64,000 bases of DNA from Vicinamibacterales bacterium (lineage in GTDB: Bacteria; Acidobacteriota; Vicinamibacteria; Vicinamibacterales; CAVVIG01), in NCBI GenBank assembly GCA_035510155.1, contig DATKHR010000065.1, forward strand, positions 8,911 through 72,910, given 5' to 3'. The position numbers were made by a program, and so were the translations under genes. Shown one piece after another: positions 54,125-63,389 of this stretch. The notes under the pieces are model-generated. The model ran no database searches and was not told the DNA's origin. It was given only the letters and a program-made list of their open reading frames with translations. Every line of letters starts with the position of its first letter. Positions within the stretch are counted from its first letter, which is position 1.

Positions 54125-56380
54125 ATGAGCGCACGCGCGGCTTGCAGTCCACAGTCGGCCGCAATACTCCTGTCCGGCTTGATTCTCGCTGTATCGGCGG
54201 CTGGATGCACCGCTCACGCGGTACAAAACGACGGTCGCCACCGACTCACCATCGAGCAACTGATTGATATCCGGCACCCGTCGAACCCCATGTGGAGCCC
54301 TGACGGGCAGTCGGTGGTGTTCGTCTGGGATCGTGCGGGGGTCTCCAAGGTCTTCGTGGCCCGAGCGGCGGAGGCCGGGACAAATGGCGGGCCAGCCCCG
54401 GCACTGCGGGAGTTGTCCGAGGCAGGCGCGACGCTGGCGGGGGCGTTCTGGAGCGCCGACGGCCGCGCCCTGATGATTCCGCGGGGCGGCGACCTCTGGC
54501 GCGTGCCGATCGACGGCCGCGCGGCGTCAGCCGTCTGGACCACGCCGCAAGCCGAGCGGGCCATCACCCCCTCGCCTGACGGCACTCGCGTCGCGTTCGT
54601 TCGGCCCATCGCCGAGCCGGCGACAGGCACGCTGCAGGGCGCCGGTCCCGCGACGGATGGGAGCGACCTCATTGTTCGCTCGCTTGCCGATGGCCACGAG
54701 ACCCGCGTCCTTCGCGCCGACAACCACGCAATCGGCAGCATCAGCTGGTCACCCGACGGTCAGTACCTCGTGGTCGGCGACGCGCCGCGCGGGATCCGCC
54801 ACGATCAAACACCCTCGTACTCCGGCGCGAAAATCATCTACACCATCACTGAAAATGTCCCCGGCGAGACCGTCGTCGTGCCGGCCGCGGGCGGGCAGCC
54901 GCGACACCTTGCGGTAACCGCCAGCGGCTTTGGCGGCAATGCCGCCCGCCGGTGGGTGGACGCCAGACACTTCGTGTTCGACCGCACGTCCCCTGATTTC
55001 AAGAAACGAACAACCTATCTGGTCGACATCGCAGGCGGTGAGCCGAAGGTCTTGCACGAGGACGTCGAAGACAAGTTCTGGAGCGTAACCGGCGACGCCG
55101 GCGCGAACGCGCAGCCGTCGCCCGATGGGAAGTGGATCGCGTTTCTCAGCGATCGCGACGGCTGGGATCACCTCTACGTGATGCCGGCACACGCCGGTTC
55201 GTCGGGCGAGCCGGCCGCGCCCATCCAAATCACGAAGGGGAAGTTCGAAGCCTGGCGCCCGACGTGGTCGCCCGACAGCCAGCGGATCGCGTTCGACGCG
55301 AACGAGCCTGGTCGCTACGGCACTCGTCACCTCTACGTTGCCACCATCGGGAATGATCCGGCGCGCGCGACGATTGCGGCGATGACCACGGGGCGTGGCA
55401 CCAACATCGCCCCGGTCTGGTCGCCTGACGGCAAGCGGATCGTCTATCAGCACACCGATCCGCAGAACTCGGCGGACTTGTATGCGGTCGACACGTCCAC
55501 CAAGCAGGCCACCCGGCTGTCGGATTCCATGCCGATGTCAATGGACCGATCGCAGTTCGTCGAGCCGGAGACGGTACAGTATGCCGGCCCAGACGGGCAG
55601 CAGGTGCCGGCGTGGCTGTTCGTGCCGAAGGGCCTCGATCGCTCGAAAAAGCATCCCGCCATCGTCTGGATTCACGGCGACGGCGTGAACCAGAACTACG
55701 ACGGCTGGCACGTTCAGCGGAACTACGCGGTTTACTACAGCTTCCATCAATACCTGCTCCAACAGGGGTACATCGTCATTGCGCCCGACTATCGCGGGAG
55801 CATTGGTTACGGCCGCGCCTGGCGGGAGGGCGTCTATATGGACGTCGGCGGCAGCGATGCCAAGGACGCCTGGATGGCAGCAAATTATCTGAAGACTCTG
55901 CCGTTCGTGGATACCACGCGGATCGGCGTCTGGGGATTGAGCTACGGCGGGTTCTTCACCCTGATTGCCGTGACCGATCAACCCAAACTGTTCCGCGCGG
56001 CGGTGGACGTGGCAGGTGTGGTGGATTACGCGATGTACTATGATGATCCGTATCACGGCGGTTGGACCGCGAGCCGTATCGGCACGCCGGAGCAGCATCC
56101 GGACGTGTACGCCAAGGCATCGCCGATCTCCAACGTCTCACGGCTCGAGACGCCGCTGCTCGTATTGCACGGCACGGCGGACGTCAACGTTCCGTACTTG
56201 CACTCGGTGCGGCTGATCGATGAGCTCATGAAGAAGGATAAGAGTCATCTCGTGTCGTTCATGACGTATCCAGGCGAGTTCCATTACTTCACGCGCGAGC
56301 ACGTCCTTCGCGATGCGTGGCACCGTGTGGACGATTTCTTTGCTGCGCAGTTGAAGGGCAGCGTGACGACCAACCACTGA
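54125..56380 (+). CDS. S9-family serine peptidase (TolB-like beta-propellers + prolyl-oligopeptidase catalytic domain)
   Basis: 751-aa ORF with a lipoprotein/signal-like N-terminus and repeated WSPDG propeller motifs. Nucleophile GVWGLSYGGFF, then HGTADVNVP and GEFHYF. Confidence 0.88.
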   Translation: MSARAACSPQSAAILLSGLILAVSAAGCTAHAVQNDGRHRLTIEQLIDIRHPSNPMWSPDGQSVVFVWDRAGVSKVFVARAAEAGTNGGPAPALRELSEAGATLAGAFWSADGRALMIPRGGDLWRVPIDGRAASAVWTTPQAERAITPSPDGTRVAFVRPIAEPATGTLQGAGPATDGSDLIVRSLADGHETRVLRADNHAIGSISWSPDGQYLVVGDAPRGIRHDQTPSYSGAKIIYTITENVPGETVVVPAAGGQPRHLAVTASGFGGNAARRWVDARHFVFDRTSPDFKKRTTYLVDIAGGEPKVLHEDVEDKFWSVTGDAGANAQPSPDGKWIAFLSDRDGWDHLYVMPAHAGSSGEPAAPIQITKGKFEAWRPTWSPDSQRIAFDANEPGRYGTRHLYVATIGNDPARATIAAMTTGRGTNIAPVWSPDGKRIVYQHTDPQNSADLYAVDTSTKQATRLSDSMPMSMDRSQFVEPETVQYAGPDGQQVPAWLFVPKGLDRSKKHPAIVWIHGDGVNQNYDGWHVQRNYAVYYSFHQYLLQQGYIVIAPDYRGSIGYGRAWREGVYMDVGGSDAKDAWMAANYLKTLPFVDTTRIGVWGLSYGGFFTLIAVTDQPKLFRAAVDVAGVVDYAMYYDDPYHGGWTASRIGTPEQHPDVYAKASPISNVSRLETPLLVLHGTADVNVPYLHSVRLIDELMKKDKSHLVSFMTYPGEFHYFTREHVLRDAWHRVDDFFAAQLKGSVTTNH

Positions 56381-56382
56381 CC

Positions 56383-57138
56383 ATGAAAAGAGCGGGACGC
56401 AGGCCATCCCTGCCGGGAACCTCACGTGTGACGTCGGCGGCCCGTCTCCTCCTCGCGATCGTCGTCGCAGCTTGCCAGATTTTGCCGGCCGGCGCGCAGA
56501 CACGGGGATCCCAGGCGCCCGTGAAGAAGCCTGCGCCTGCGCCGCCCACGCCGGCGCCGGCCAAGCTGGTGCCGCAGACGACCTGCCCCGCGCCGCTCGG
56601 CGTCGGGATCAAGACCAGGATCGCGTTCTGCGAAGTGCTGGCGGACCGCGACCCGCTTCGCGGCATCCTCATCAAGATCCCGCCGCATCGCGGCCCGGTG
56701 ACGCTGACCTTCGATCTGCACAACCTCCACGTCTATTCGGACGAGCTCGTGAAGACCAAGCGCGCATTCACGCGCTATACCGCGACAATCGGCGTGTTGA
56801 CGATGGACAACACGCTGATTGCCCGGGCGGTCGTGCAGAATGAATTCCGCACCGCGGCGGATTTCGTGGATCGCGTCGGGGGCGGTGCCGGTCCCGGCGG
56901 AGTAAAGGCGGTCGCGCCGACGGGCACCGAATCGATCGTCGTGGCGATCCCCGAGAGCGAAGATCAGGTGAGCCTGCTCGGCGAGAAGCTGACCGTTGAG
57001 GGGATGAGCACGCCGCCGGCGACGTTCTCGCAGGAGGGCCGCCCGATCGCCGCGGTCAGCAATCTGATGATCGAGTACCGGCCGGCGCCACCCAAGCCAG
57101 CCACGCCAACAAAGCCGACGAAGAAGGGCGGGGGGTGA
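56383..57138 (+). CDS. secreted protein of unknown function with Pro-rich termini
   Basis: ATG 56383 lies 2 nt after the peptidase stop (the track ORF is 5'-extended). Signal-like LLLAIVVAACQILPAGAQ. PAPAPPTPAPA near the N-terminus and PAPPKPATPTKPTKK at the C-terminus. Confidence 0.65.
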   Translation: MKRAGRRPSLPGTSRVTSAARLLLAIVVAACQILPAGAQTRGSQAPVKKPAPAPPTPAPAKLVPQTTCPAPLGVGIKTRIAFCEVLADRDPLRGILIKIPPHRGPVTLTFDLHNLHVYSDELVKTKRAFTRYTATIGVLTMDNTLIARAVVQNEFRTAADFVDRVGGGAGPGGVKAVAPTGTESIVVAIPESEDQVSLLGEKLTVEGMSTPPATFSQEGRPIAAVSNLMIEYRPAPPKPATPTKPTKKGGG

Positions 57139-57172
57139 CGGAGGAAGTAAGGAAGTAAGCAAGTTACGAAGG

Positions 57173-57676
57173 ATGGAGACACCTATGCGATTCGGACTCT
57201 TGACCCTGGTTCTGCTGGTTCCGGTTCTCGCGCTTGCGCAGTCGGGCTCGCCGCACATCAAGCGCACGAATCCTCCGTCGCTCTCGCAGCCGACCGGCTA
57301 CACCCACGTGGTCGAAACGGTCGGTCCCGTCAAGATGGTCTACATCTCTGGCCAGATTGCCTTCGACGCATCGGGCAACGTGGTCGGACCGGGCGACATG
57401 AAGGCGCAGGCCGAGCAGGTCTTCAAGAACCTCGACGCCGCGCTCAAAGCGGCCGGCGCGACGTTCGGGGACATCGTCAAGATGAACAGCTACATCACCG
57501 ATATGAGCAAGGCGCCGGCGGTTCGTGAGGTCAGAGCCCGATATTTTGGCAACGTGACGCCGGCCAGCACGTTCGTCGAGGTCAAAGGACTCGCTCGTCC
57601 CGAGCTGATGCTGGAGATCGAGGTGACTGCGGCCGTGCGTGAGGGTGTGCGGGTCGTGCCGGCGACGAAAGATTAG
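57173..57676 (+). CDS. RidA/YjgF-family protein with signal peptide
   Basis: RidA core VYISGQIAFDASGNVVGPGDMKAQAEQVFKNLDAALKAAG...EIEVTA. N-terminal MRFGLLTLVLLVPVLALAQS. ATG 57185 (GGAG 6 nt upstream) may be the true start. Confidence 0.85.
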   Translation: METPMRFGLLTLVLLVPVLALAQSGSPHIKRTNPPSLSQPTGYTHVVETVGPVKMVYISGQIAFDASGNVVGPGDMKAQAEQVFKNLDAALKAAGATFGDIVKMNSYITDMSKAPAVREVRARYFGNVTPASTFVEVKGLARPELMLEIEVTAAVREGVRVVPATKD

Positions 57677-57691
57677 TTGCGGCCATTCGTA

Positions 57692-57720
57692 GTTGGTGAT
57701 GAGTTCGCCTCATCACCAAC
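57692..57720. terminator. bidirectional hairpin terminator candidate
   Basis: Perfect 12-bp stem GTTGGTGATGAG / CTCATCACCAAC with a 5-nt loop, between the convergent RidA gene (stop 57676) and the OMP gene (stop 57737). Confidence 0.55.
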
Positions 57721-57736
57721 CACGTCCTCCCAGCGA

Positions 57737-60700
57737 CTAGAAGAGAAACTTCGCCGCGAACTGCACTTGACGCGCCGACCCGGAATCGCCGGTCGGGAAG
57801 CGCGTATTCGAGATCACGCCGAACGAGGTGCTGCCGACCGTGGCGATCCGGCCCGGCTGGCCGAAGTTTGCCTGATTGAACAGGTTGAACACCTCGACGC
57901 GCAGCTGCGCGCGGGACGAGCCCACCAGTCCGATGTTTTTGATCAGCGACAGGTCGGTGTTGCCAAAGCCGGGACCGTACAGGACGTTCCTCGGCATATT
58001 TCCGAAGTGCGCCACTCCGGCTGCGTTATACGGAAGCGCGAAGACCGAGGACGACGTGCACGCGCCGGCAGTGCCTGCCGCCTTCGTCGGATCGCAGACC
58101 GTCGTCCCGTCGAACCACTGATAGCTGACCGGGAAACCGTTCTTGTCCAGATTCGGCGTCGCGACGATCGAGGGCAGCGGGCCGATCAGATCGGGCCGCA
58201 CCGACGAGACGCCCGTAATCGTCGAGATGTTCGTGATGACATTGAATGGATTTCCGGTCTGCAGCTGTTCGACGACGACCACCTGCCAGCCGTCCTTCCA
58301 GCGGTTGCCCGAGAACGGCAGATCGTAGCTGGCGTTGAGCGCGAAGCGATGCCGGACGTCGAAGTCCGACGGTCCGACGCTGCCGGCCAGGTTGGTGCTG
58401 TCCTGAAGCGAGCCGTTACCGCCGGCGCCCGTGCCGTCGTACGAGTTGGTGTCGGTCGACTTCGACAGCGTATACGAGCCCTGCAGCTGGAGTCCATGCG
58501 TCAGCCGGCGATTCGCCGTGATCCAGAGGCCCTTGTAATTCGACCAGCCGAGGCTCGTCGACTCGATGATGTTGCCGAGCGCGGTGCCCGGAAGAATCGG
58601 GCTGGTGGCCGAAAGTTTGGGATACGGTCGGACCGTCCCGCCGGGCGTGACGAACTGGTTGAGGTTGATCGGAATGCGCTGCCGATCGCCGTGGGACCCG
58701 AAATAGCCGACCATCACGCCCGTGCCGCCGAACTCGCGTTCGACGTTGACGTTCCACGACTGCATCCGTGCCGGGAGGAAGTTCGGATCCGTGAACGACG
58801 GCGTGAGGGACGCAGCCGACGCGCCGCCGATCGCATTGTCAAGCTTGATGTTGCTTGATGTCGTCCCGGAGGCCTGCGCGGAGAACGGCGACACGATCGG
58901 CGGGTTCCCGGTTTCACCCGTGAAGTAGCCGGTGTTGCTCTGATTCACCAGAACCGCATAGGCGCCACGGACGACGGTCTTGCCGTCTGCTTTGGGATTC
59001 CAGATAACGCCGAGGCGTGGCTGGAAGTCGCTGCCGTTCTTGGTCACCTGCGTGAAGCCGTTTGTGCCGATCTGAATCAATGAAACCGTCGCGGGTTCGA
59101 ACGTGACGAGCTTGTTGTCCTGCTCGGTCGGCGACGGGAGGTAGTCGTAGCGCAGACCGAGATCGAACTTGAGCGTCGATCCCACGGAAATCGAGTCCTG
59201 GACGAAGCCACCGATGGCGTTCACGTACACGTTGAACGCCTGGGTGCCAAGCGTGATGCCAAACACGCTGCCGAATCCTTGCTGGAACGCCTGAACGCTC
59301 GGATAGGTGAAGCGCCCGGGATCCTGACTGAACCCGTAGTGTTTGACGTGTCTGACTTCGCCGCCGAACTTGATGATCTGGTTTCCATGGAGGTAGGTCG
59401 CCGTATCACCGACCGCAAACGTCGTCACTTCGCGTCCGCTCGGAAAACCGGCCGGGCCGCCGAAGTTCAGGTTGGGACCCGAGACGGTGATCGACGGCAG
59501 GGCGATCGGCATCTCAGTCTGGCCTACGTTGATCCCCAGTGCATTCGTATCGACGAGAGTGTTGGGGATGAAGGTAATGTGGATGCGATTGAAACCGCCG
59601 CGGACTTCGTTCACGAGCGCCGGGCTGAAGACGTGGGTCTCGTTGATCGTCAGGATCTGACGGTGGCCCCCGCGTGTATCGCTGTAGCCGGCGACAGTCT
59701 GTCCCTGCGCGTTCGACTCGATGCGGGAGTCGGACTGGAACGCGTAGTAGACATGGAGCTCGTCGCTCTGCCGCAGACTGTTGCGCGAGTCGATGGTGTA
59801 CTGGTCGATCGTGACCGGCGCCAGCGGCGAGCTGATGGCGCGGGTGCCGGTGAGGTCGTTCGCGGCAGGTATGTACTGAAGCAGATTCTTCGCGACCGGA
59901 TCGGTGACCCCCGCACGCTGGGCGTTCGTCAGTGTCCCCGAGTTGAGATCCACGCCCTGCTCGTGCCGGAGGCCTTCGTAGCTGCCGAAATAGAATGACC
60001 GGTTCGAGACGATCGCCCCACCGAGGTTCGCGCCGAACTGCTTGCGGTTGAACACCGACTTCGGCGTGACACTCCCGTCGGGCTGAATGCTGGGCGGATT
60101 GAAATAGTTGCGCGAGTCGAGCGCATCGTTCCGGTAGAAATCGAACGCCTCGCCGTGCAACTGGTTCGCGCCCGAGCGGGTCGCGACGTTGACGATCGCG
60201 CCCGAGTTCCGGCCGTATTCCGCGCTGAACGTCGAGTTGTCGACCTTGAATTCAGACACGGTGTTGATCGACGGCTGGAACGTCACCTGGCTGTTCGACA
60301 GGTCGTTCAGATTGATGCCGTTCACCATCATGTTGACCGCGGTCTCGCGGTTGCCGGCCGACATGAACGAGAACGATCCCTGGCCGCGCAGCGGCGCGCT
60401 GAGCCCCGCGTTCTGGGGCGAGGTCGACCCGCCGGGCATCAGCGGACCGAGATCCACGAAATGCCGCCCGTTCAGTGGAATCTCCTGGACGGTTTTCTCA
60501 GCCATCGACTGGCCAACCGAAACGGTCGCCGTGTCGATGAGAGGCGACGACCCGATGACAGTGACATTCTCGGTCAGCGCAGCGACGCCCAGCCTGAAGT
60601 TGAGCACGGCGGTCTGCGCCGGTCCGAGGTCGGTCTCGCCGTTCTGATCCTTGAAGCCTTCGAGGTGCGCGACGACGAGATAGTGGCCCGGGTCGAGCGA

Positions 60701-60898
60701 CGCGGCAACGTACTGGCCGGCTGAATCCGAGACCGCCGTACGCTCGATGCCAGTCGCGGCATTCCGGATCGTCACGGTCACGCCCGGCATGACCGCGTTT
60801 TGTGCGTCAGTGACCGCTCCCTGAAGAGTAGCCGTGGACTGCGCTCTGACCGGAGCCGCGACGAATGTGAGGGCCAAGGCGAGACAGACCAGCTTCAT
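57737..60898 (-). CDS. TonB-dependent-receptor-like outer-membrane protein with N-terminal carboxypeptidase-regulatory-like domain
   Basis: 1053-aa ORF with signal MKLVCLALALTFVAAPVRAQ. CarboxypepD_reg-like GAVTDAQNAVMPGVTVTIRN...GQYVAASLDPGHYLVVAHLEGFK, a plug-like segment and C-terminal ..FAAKFLF. Confidence 0.88.
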   Translation of the reverse strand: MKLVCLALALTFVAAPVRAQSTATLQGAVTDAQNAVMPGVTVTIRNAATGIERTAVSDSAGQYVAASLDPGHYLVVAHLEGFKDQNGETDLGPAQTAVLNFRLGVAALTENVTVIGSSPLIDTATVSVGQSMAEKTVQEIPLNGRHFVDLGPLMPGGSTSPQNAGLSAPLRGQGSFSFMSAGNRETAVNMMVNGINLNDLSNSQVTFQPSINTVSEFKVDNSTFSAEYGRNSGAIVNVATRSGANQLHGEAFDFYRNDALDSRNYFNPPSIQPDGSVTPKSVFNRKQFGANLGGAIVSNRSFYFGSYEGLRHEQGVDLNSGTLTNAQRAGVTDPVAKNLLQYIPAANDLTGTRAISSPLAPVTIDQYTIDSRNSLRQSDELHVYYAFQSDSRIESNAQGQTVAGYSDTRGGHRQILTINETHVFSPALVNEVRGGFNRIHITFIPNTLVDTNALGINVGQTEMPIALPSITVSGPNLNFGGPAGFPSGREVTTFAVGDTATYLHGNQIIKFGGEVRHVKHYGFSQDPGRFTYPSVQAFQQGFGSVFGITLGTQAFNVYVNAIGGFVQDSISVGSTLKFDLGLRYDYLPSPTEQDNKLVTFEPATVSLIQIGTNGFTQVTKNGSDFQPRLGVIWNPKADGKTVVRGAYAVLVNQSNTGYFTGETGNPPIVSPFSAQASGTTSSNIKLDNAIGGASAASLTPSFTDPNFLPARMQSWNVNVEREFGGTGVMVGYFGSHGDRQRIPINLNQFVTPGGTVRPYPKLSATSPILPGTALGNIIESTSLGWSNYKGLWITANRRLTHGLQLQGSYTLSKSTDTNSYDGTGAGGNGSLQDSTNLAGSVGPSDFDVRHRFALNASYDLPFSGNRWKDGWQVVVVEQLQTGNPFNVITNISTITGVSSVRPDLIGPLPSIVATPNLDKNGFPVSYQWFDGTTVCDPTKAAGTAGACTSSSVFALPYNAAGVAHFGNMPRNVLYGPGFGNTDLSLIKNIGLVGSSRAQLRVEVFNLFNQANFGQPGRIATVGSTSFGVISNTRFPTGDSGSARQVQFAAKFLF

Positions 60899-60952
60899 GC
60901 ACCCAACCTCCTACTCTCGTGCAAACGGACAAACGTCCGAAATTGGGAGGTG

Positions 60953-60958
60953 ATTGTA
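60953..60958 (-). promoter_or_regulatory. -10 box candidate (TACAAT) for the 57737..60898 OMP gene
   Basis: Minus strand reads GCATACAATCACC, ~55 nt upstream of ATG 60898, followed by SD GGAGG. Confidence 0.3.
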
Positions 60959-60980
60959 TGCGCTCGTCTGGCGATTGAGA

Positions 60981-61017
60981 CAACGAAAAACAAGAAGGCC
61001 GGCAGAATCTGCCGGCC
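60981..61017 (-). terminator. rho-independent terminator of the radical-SAM gene
   Basis: Minus strand has a 9-bp perfect stem GGCCGGCAG-ATT-CTGCCGGCC followed by TTCTTGTTTTTCG, ~40 nt after the stop at 61056. Confidence 0.75.
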
Positions 61018-61055
61018 CGAACGGAAAAAAAGCGTCGGAATCTGGAAGTTTGGAT

Positions 61056-63347
61056 CTAGACGATCGGCTTGTGCAGAACCTCCACGGGCTGCGAAGCCTT
61101 CTTCTTGCCGCCCAGCCCCTGAATCTGGAGGGTCGGCTGCTCCTTCAGCACGTGCTGCCGGTACAGCTTTGCCATTTCTTCGTGATGTGCCGCCTCACGC
61201 GCAACTTCCTCGGGCGCCTTCGTTCGTTCCGGCGTCACTCCCGCCGAATGCGCGCGCGCCCTTAGCTTTTCTTCACGCGCGTTCTTGGCGATCCCGAGCA
61301 GGTCGAGGTCGGTTTGAGCACCAGCCCGGACCGCCTCTTCGTTCAGCACGAGCGAATGCTCGGTCGAGTTGAGAGGCACGCTCTTGTTGCCGGCGAAGAT
61401 CTCGTGACGGCCGTGCTCCTCGTACCACCTGGTCAGCGTGGCGGTCATGTGCATCTTCTCGATGATGTTGCGCCAGCCGAGGCCCGTGTTGTACGCGCAG
61501 AAGGAAATCTCGCCCTGCTGCGTGGCATAAGGAATGATGCACATCTCGGTGCGTCGGAAGTCGTAGTTGAAGAGATCCTGGAACCACATGCCGGCAATGA
61601 ACAGGAAGTTCCAGCGGTCGGCCCGCCGCTTGTCGATGTCGGCCGAGGTGCGATCGCCTTCGACCCTGCCGTACTTGCCCCTTTCCGCCGACCGGGTCGC
61701 GCCAAACGTCTTGTCGAACTTCTTCAGCAGGTCGACGAGCTTGAAGTGCCTCGGCGACTTGAACGAATCGTAGTTGCGCATCAGCGCCAGCGCCATGCCG
61801 ACGTTCGACAGCAAGCGCCCTCGGCCCGCGTCGGTCACAGCGGCCACGTCCTTGGCGAGCTGCTCGGCCTTGAGGAACGCGGTGACCGGAACGGCCTCCT
61901 TCGTCTGCTTGTCGATCATGACCGCCATGCCAACGCCGCAGTTCGGGTGGCAGCCGCACGTCAGCTGACCGAACTCCTTTTCGGCGCCGTGCGTCACGTC
62001 AGCCCAGTCGGTAAAGGTGCCCATGAACGAGATCGGGAACCAGTCGCGAGTCGGCTCGCCGATGCCCGTCTGCGATTTCACGTCGTGGGCGAGATGGGAG
62101 AGCGTGTAGCGCTGCGCGGCGCGGCGCTCCGGAGTGACCTCCTCGTCGCGGCCGGTGAAGCTGACCGGTTGAAACGAGAGGAAGTTGATCTTCTTCGGGT
62201 TGTCGAGCGCGAACTCGATGACGCGGCCGACCTGCTCGTTGTTGACGCCGTTCACGATCGTGATGACTGGCACGATGTCGACGCCGGCGTTGTAGAGGTT
62301 CTCAATCGCCCGGAGCTTGACGTCGAACAGGTTCCCGACGCGGCGGTGCGAGTTGGCGGCGTTGCCGATGCCGTCGAACTGCAGGTAGGCGTACCGAAGT
62401 CCCGCTTCGGCCGCAGCCTTCGCAAACTCCGGGTTCTTCGCGAACTCGATGCCGTTGGTGGCGGCCTGGACGCTGTTGTAGCCGACCTTCCGTGCATAGC
62501 GCACCGCGTCGAGGAAGTGGGGGGAAATCGTCGGTTCACCGCCGGAGAACTGCACGGACATCTGCCGCCGCGGTTTGATCGTGATCGCGTTGTCCAGCAC
62601 CGTTTTGATGTCTTCCCACGTCAGCTCGTGGACGAACCCGACCTGGTTCGCGTCCATGAAGCACGGGTCGCACATCATGTTGCAGCGGTTGGTCAGGTCG
62701 ACGGTCAGCACCGACCCGCGGCCGTGCTGGATCGTGCTGCTGCCATGGTTGTGCAGGGTCTCGTCGTTGTGCGCGCGGATATCGCGGCCGGGAAAGACTT
62801 CTTCCAGGTGCTTGAAGAACGCCGTGTCGATGGCCATCACGTCCTCGAAGCGGCCATGGATGGGGCAGTCCTTCACCATCATGATCTTGCCGTCGCGCTC
62901 GAGAATCGTCGCCTTGATCTCGCCGACCTTCTCGTTGAGCAGGTCGTTGACGTCCTTCTTGCCGTCGAGAATGGCCTGGCGCGCCTCGCGCGTACAGGTC
63001 GGGCAGAGCGAGTCGGTCTCGCGCGGCCAGCCAAGCGGCGGCTTGGTCTTTTCGTAAGACTTCAGCAAAGGCTTGTCCGACCATTTCGGGACAAACGACG
63101 GCCGCTGATTGATCTTGTTCAGATTGTTGAACACGACCCATGCGCCGTTGGCCGCTATCGACAAACCCTTCTCGACGTACTTGATCGGCTTGTGCATGCG
63201 CCAAATGATAGAAGATACGCGCCTTAGTTCGATTACGTTTTTCGCGAACGGGTTGTAGGGAGTGCCGAGCGGGCAGCAGGGCCACCGGGTGGCCAATAGA
63301 CGACCGAAATGGTCGGGTATCTCCGTCCCGTTTTCGGGCAAGGCCAT
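61056..63347 (-). CDS. large radical-SAM enzyme, tetraether-lipid-synthase (Tes/GDGT-MAS)-like architecture
   Basis: Radical-SAM CxxxCxxC (LTNRCNMMCDPCF). N-terminal knuckle pair SLCPTC...DCPIHGRF. Downstream Cys clusters LTCGCHPNCG and MCIIPY..SFCAYN. Charged ~110-aa C-terminal tail. ATG 63197 (MHKPIKYVEKG) is an alternative start. Confidence 0.85.
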   Translation of the reverse strand: MALPENGTEIPDHFGRLLATRWPCCPLGTPYNPFAKNVIELRRVSSIIWRMHKPIKYVEKGLSIAANGAWVVFNNLNKINQRPSFVPKWSDKPLLKSYEKTKPPLGWPRETDSLCPTCTREARQAILDGKKDVNDLLNEKVGEIKATILERDGKIMMVKDCPIHGRFEDVMAIDTAFFKHLEEVFPGRDIRAHNDETLHNHGSSTIQHGRGSVLTVDLTNRCNMMCDPCFMDANQVGFVHELTWEDIKTVLDNAITIKPRRQMSVQFSGGEPTISPHFLDAVRYARKVGYNSVQAATNGIEFAKNPEFAKAAAEAGLRYAYLQFDGIGNAANSHRRVGNLFDVKLRAIENLYNAGVDIVPVITIVNGVNNEQVGRVIEFALDNPKKINFLSFQPVSFTGRDEEVTPERRAAQRYTLSHLAHDVKSQTGIGEPTRDWFPISFMGTFTDWADVTHGAEKEFGQLTCGCHPNCGVGMAVMIDKQTKEAVPVTAFLKAEQLAKDVAAVTDAGRGRLLSNVGMALALMRNYDSFKSPRHFKLVDLLKKFDKTFGATRSAERGKYGRVEGDRTSADIDKRRADRWNFLFIAGMWFQDLFNYDFRRTEMCIIPYATQQGEISFCAYNTGLGWRNIIEKMHMTATLTRWYEEHGRHEIFAGNKSVPLNSTEHSLVLNEEAVRAGAQTDLDLLGIAKNAREEKLRARAHSAGVTPERTKAPEEVAREAAHHEEMAKLYRQHVLKEQPTLQIQGLGGKKKASQPVEVLHKPIV

Positions 63348-63389
63348 CCTTCATAATTCACGCGAAATTGGACGGTAGAGGAGGTGCGA

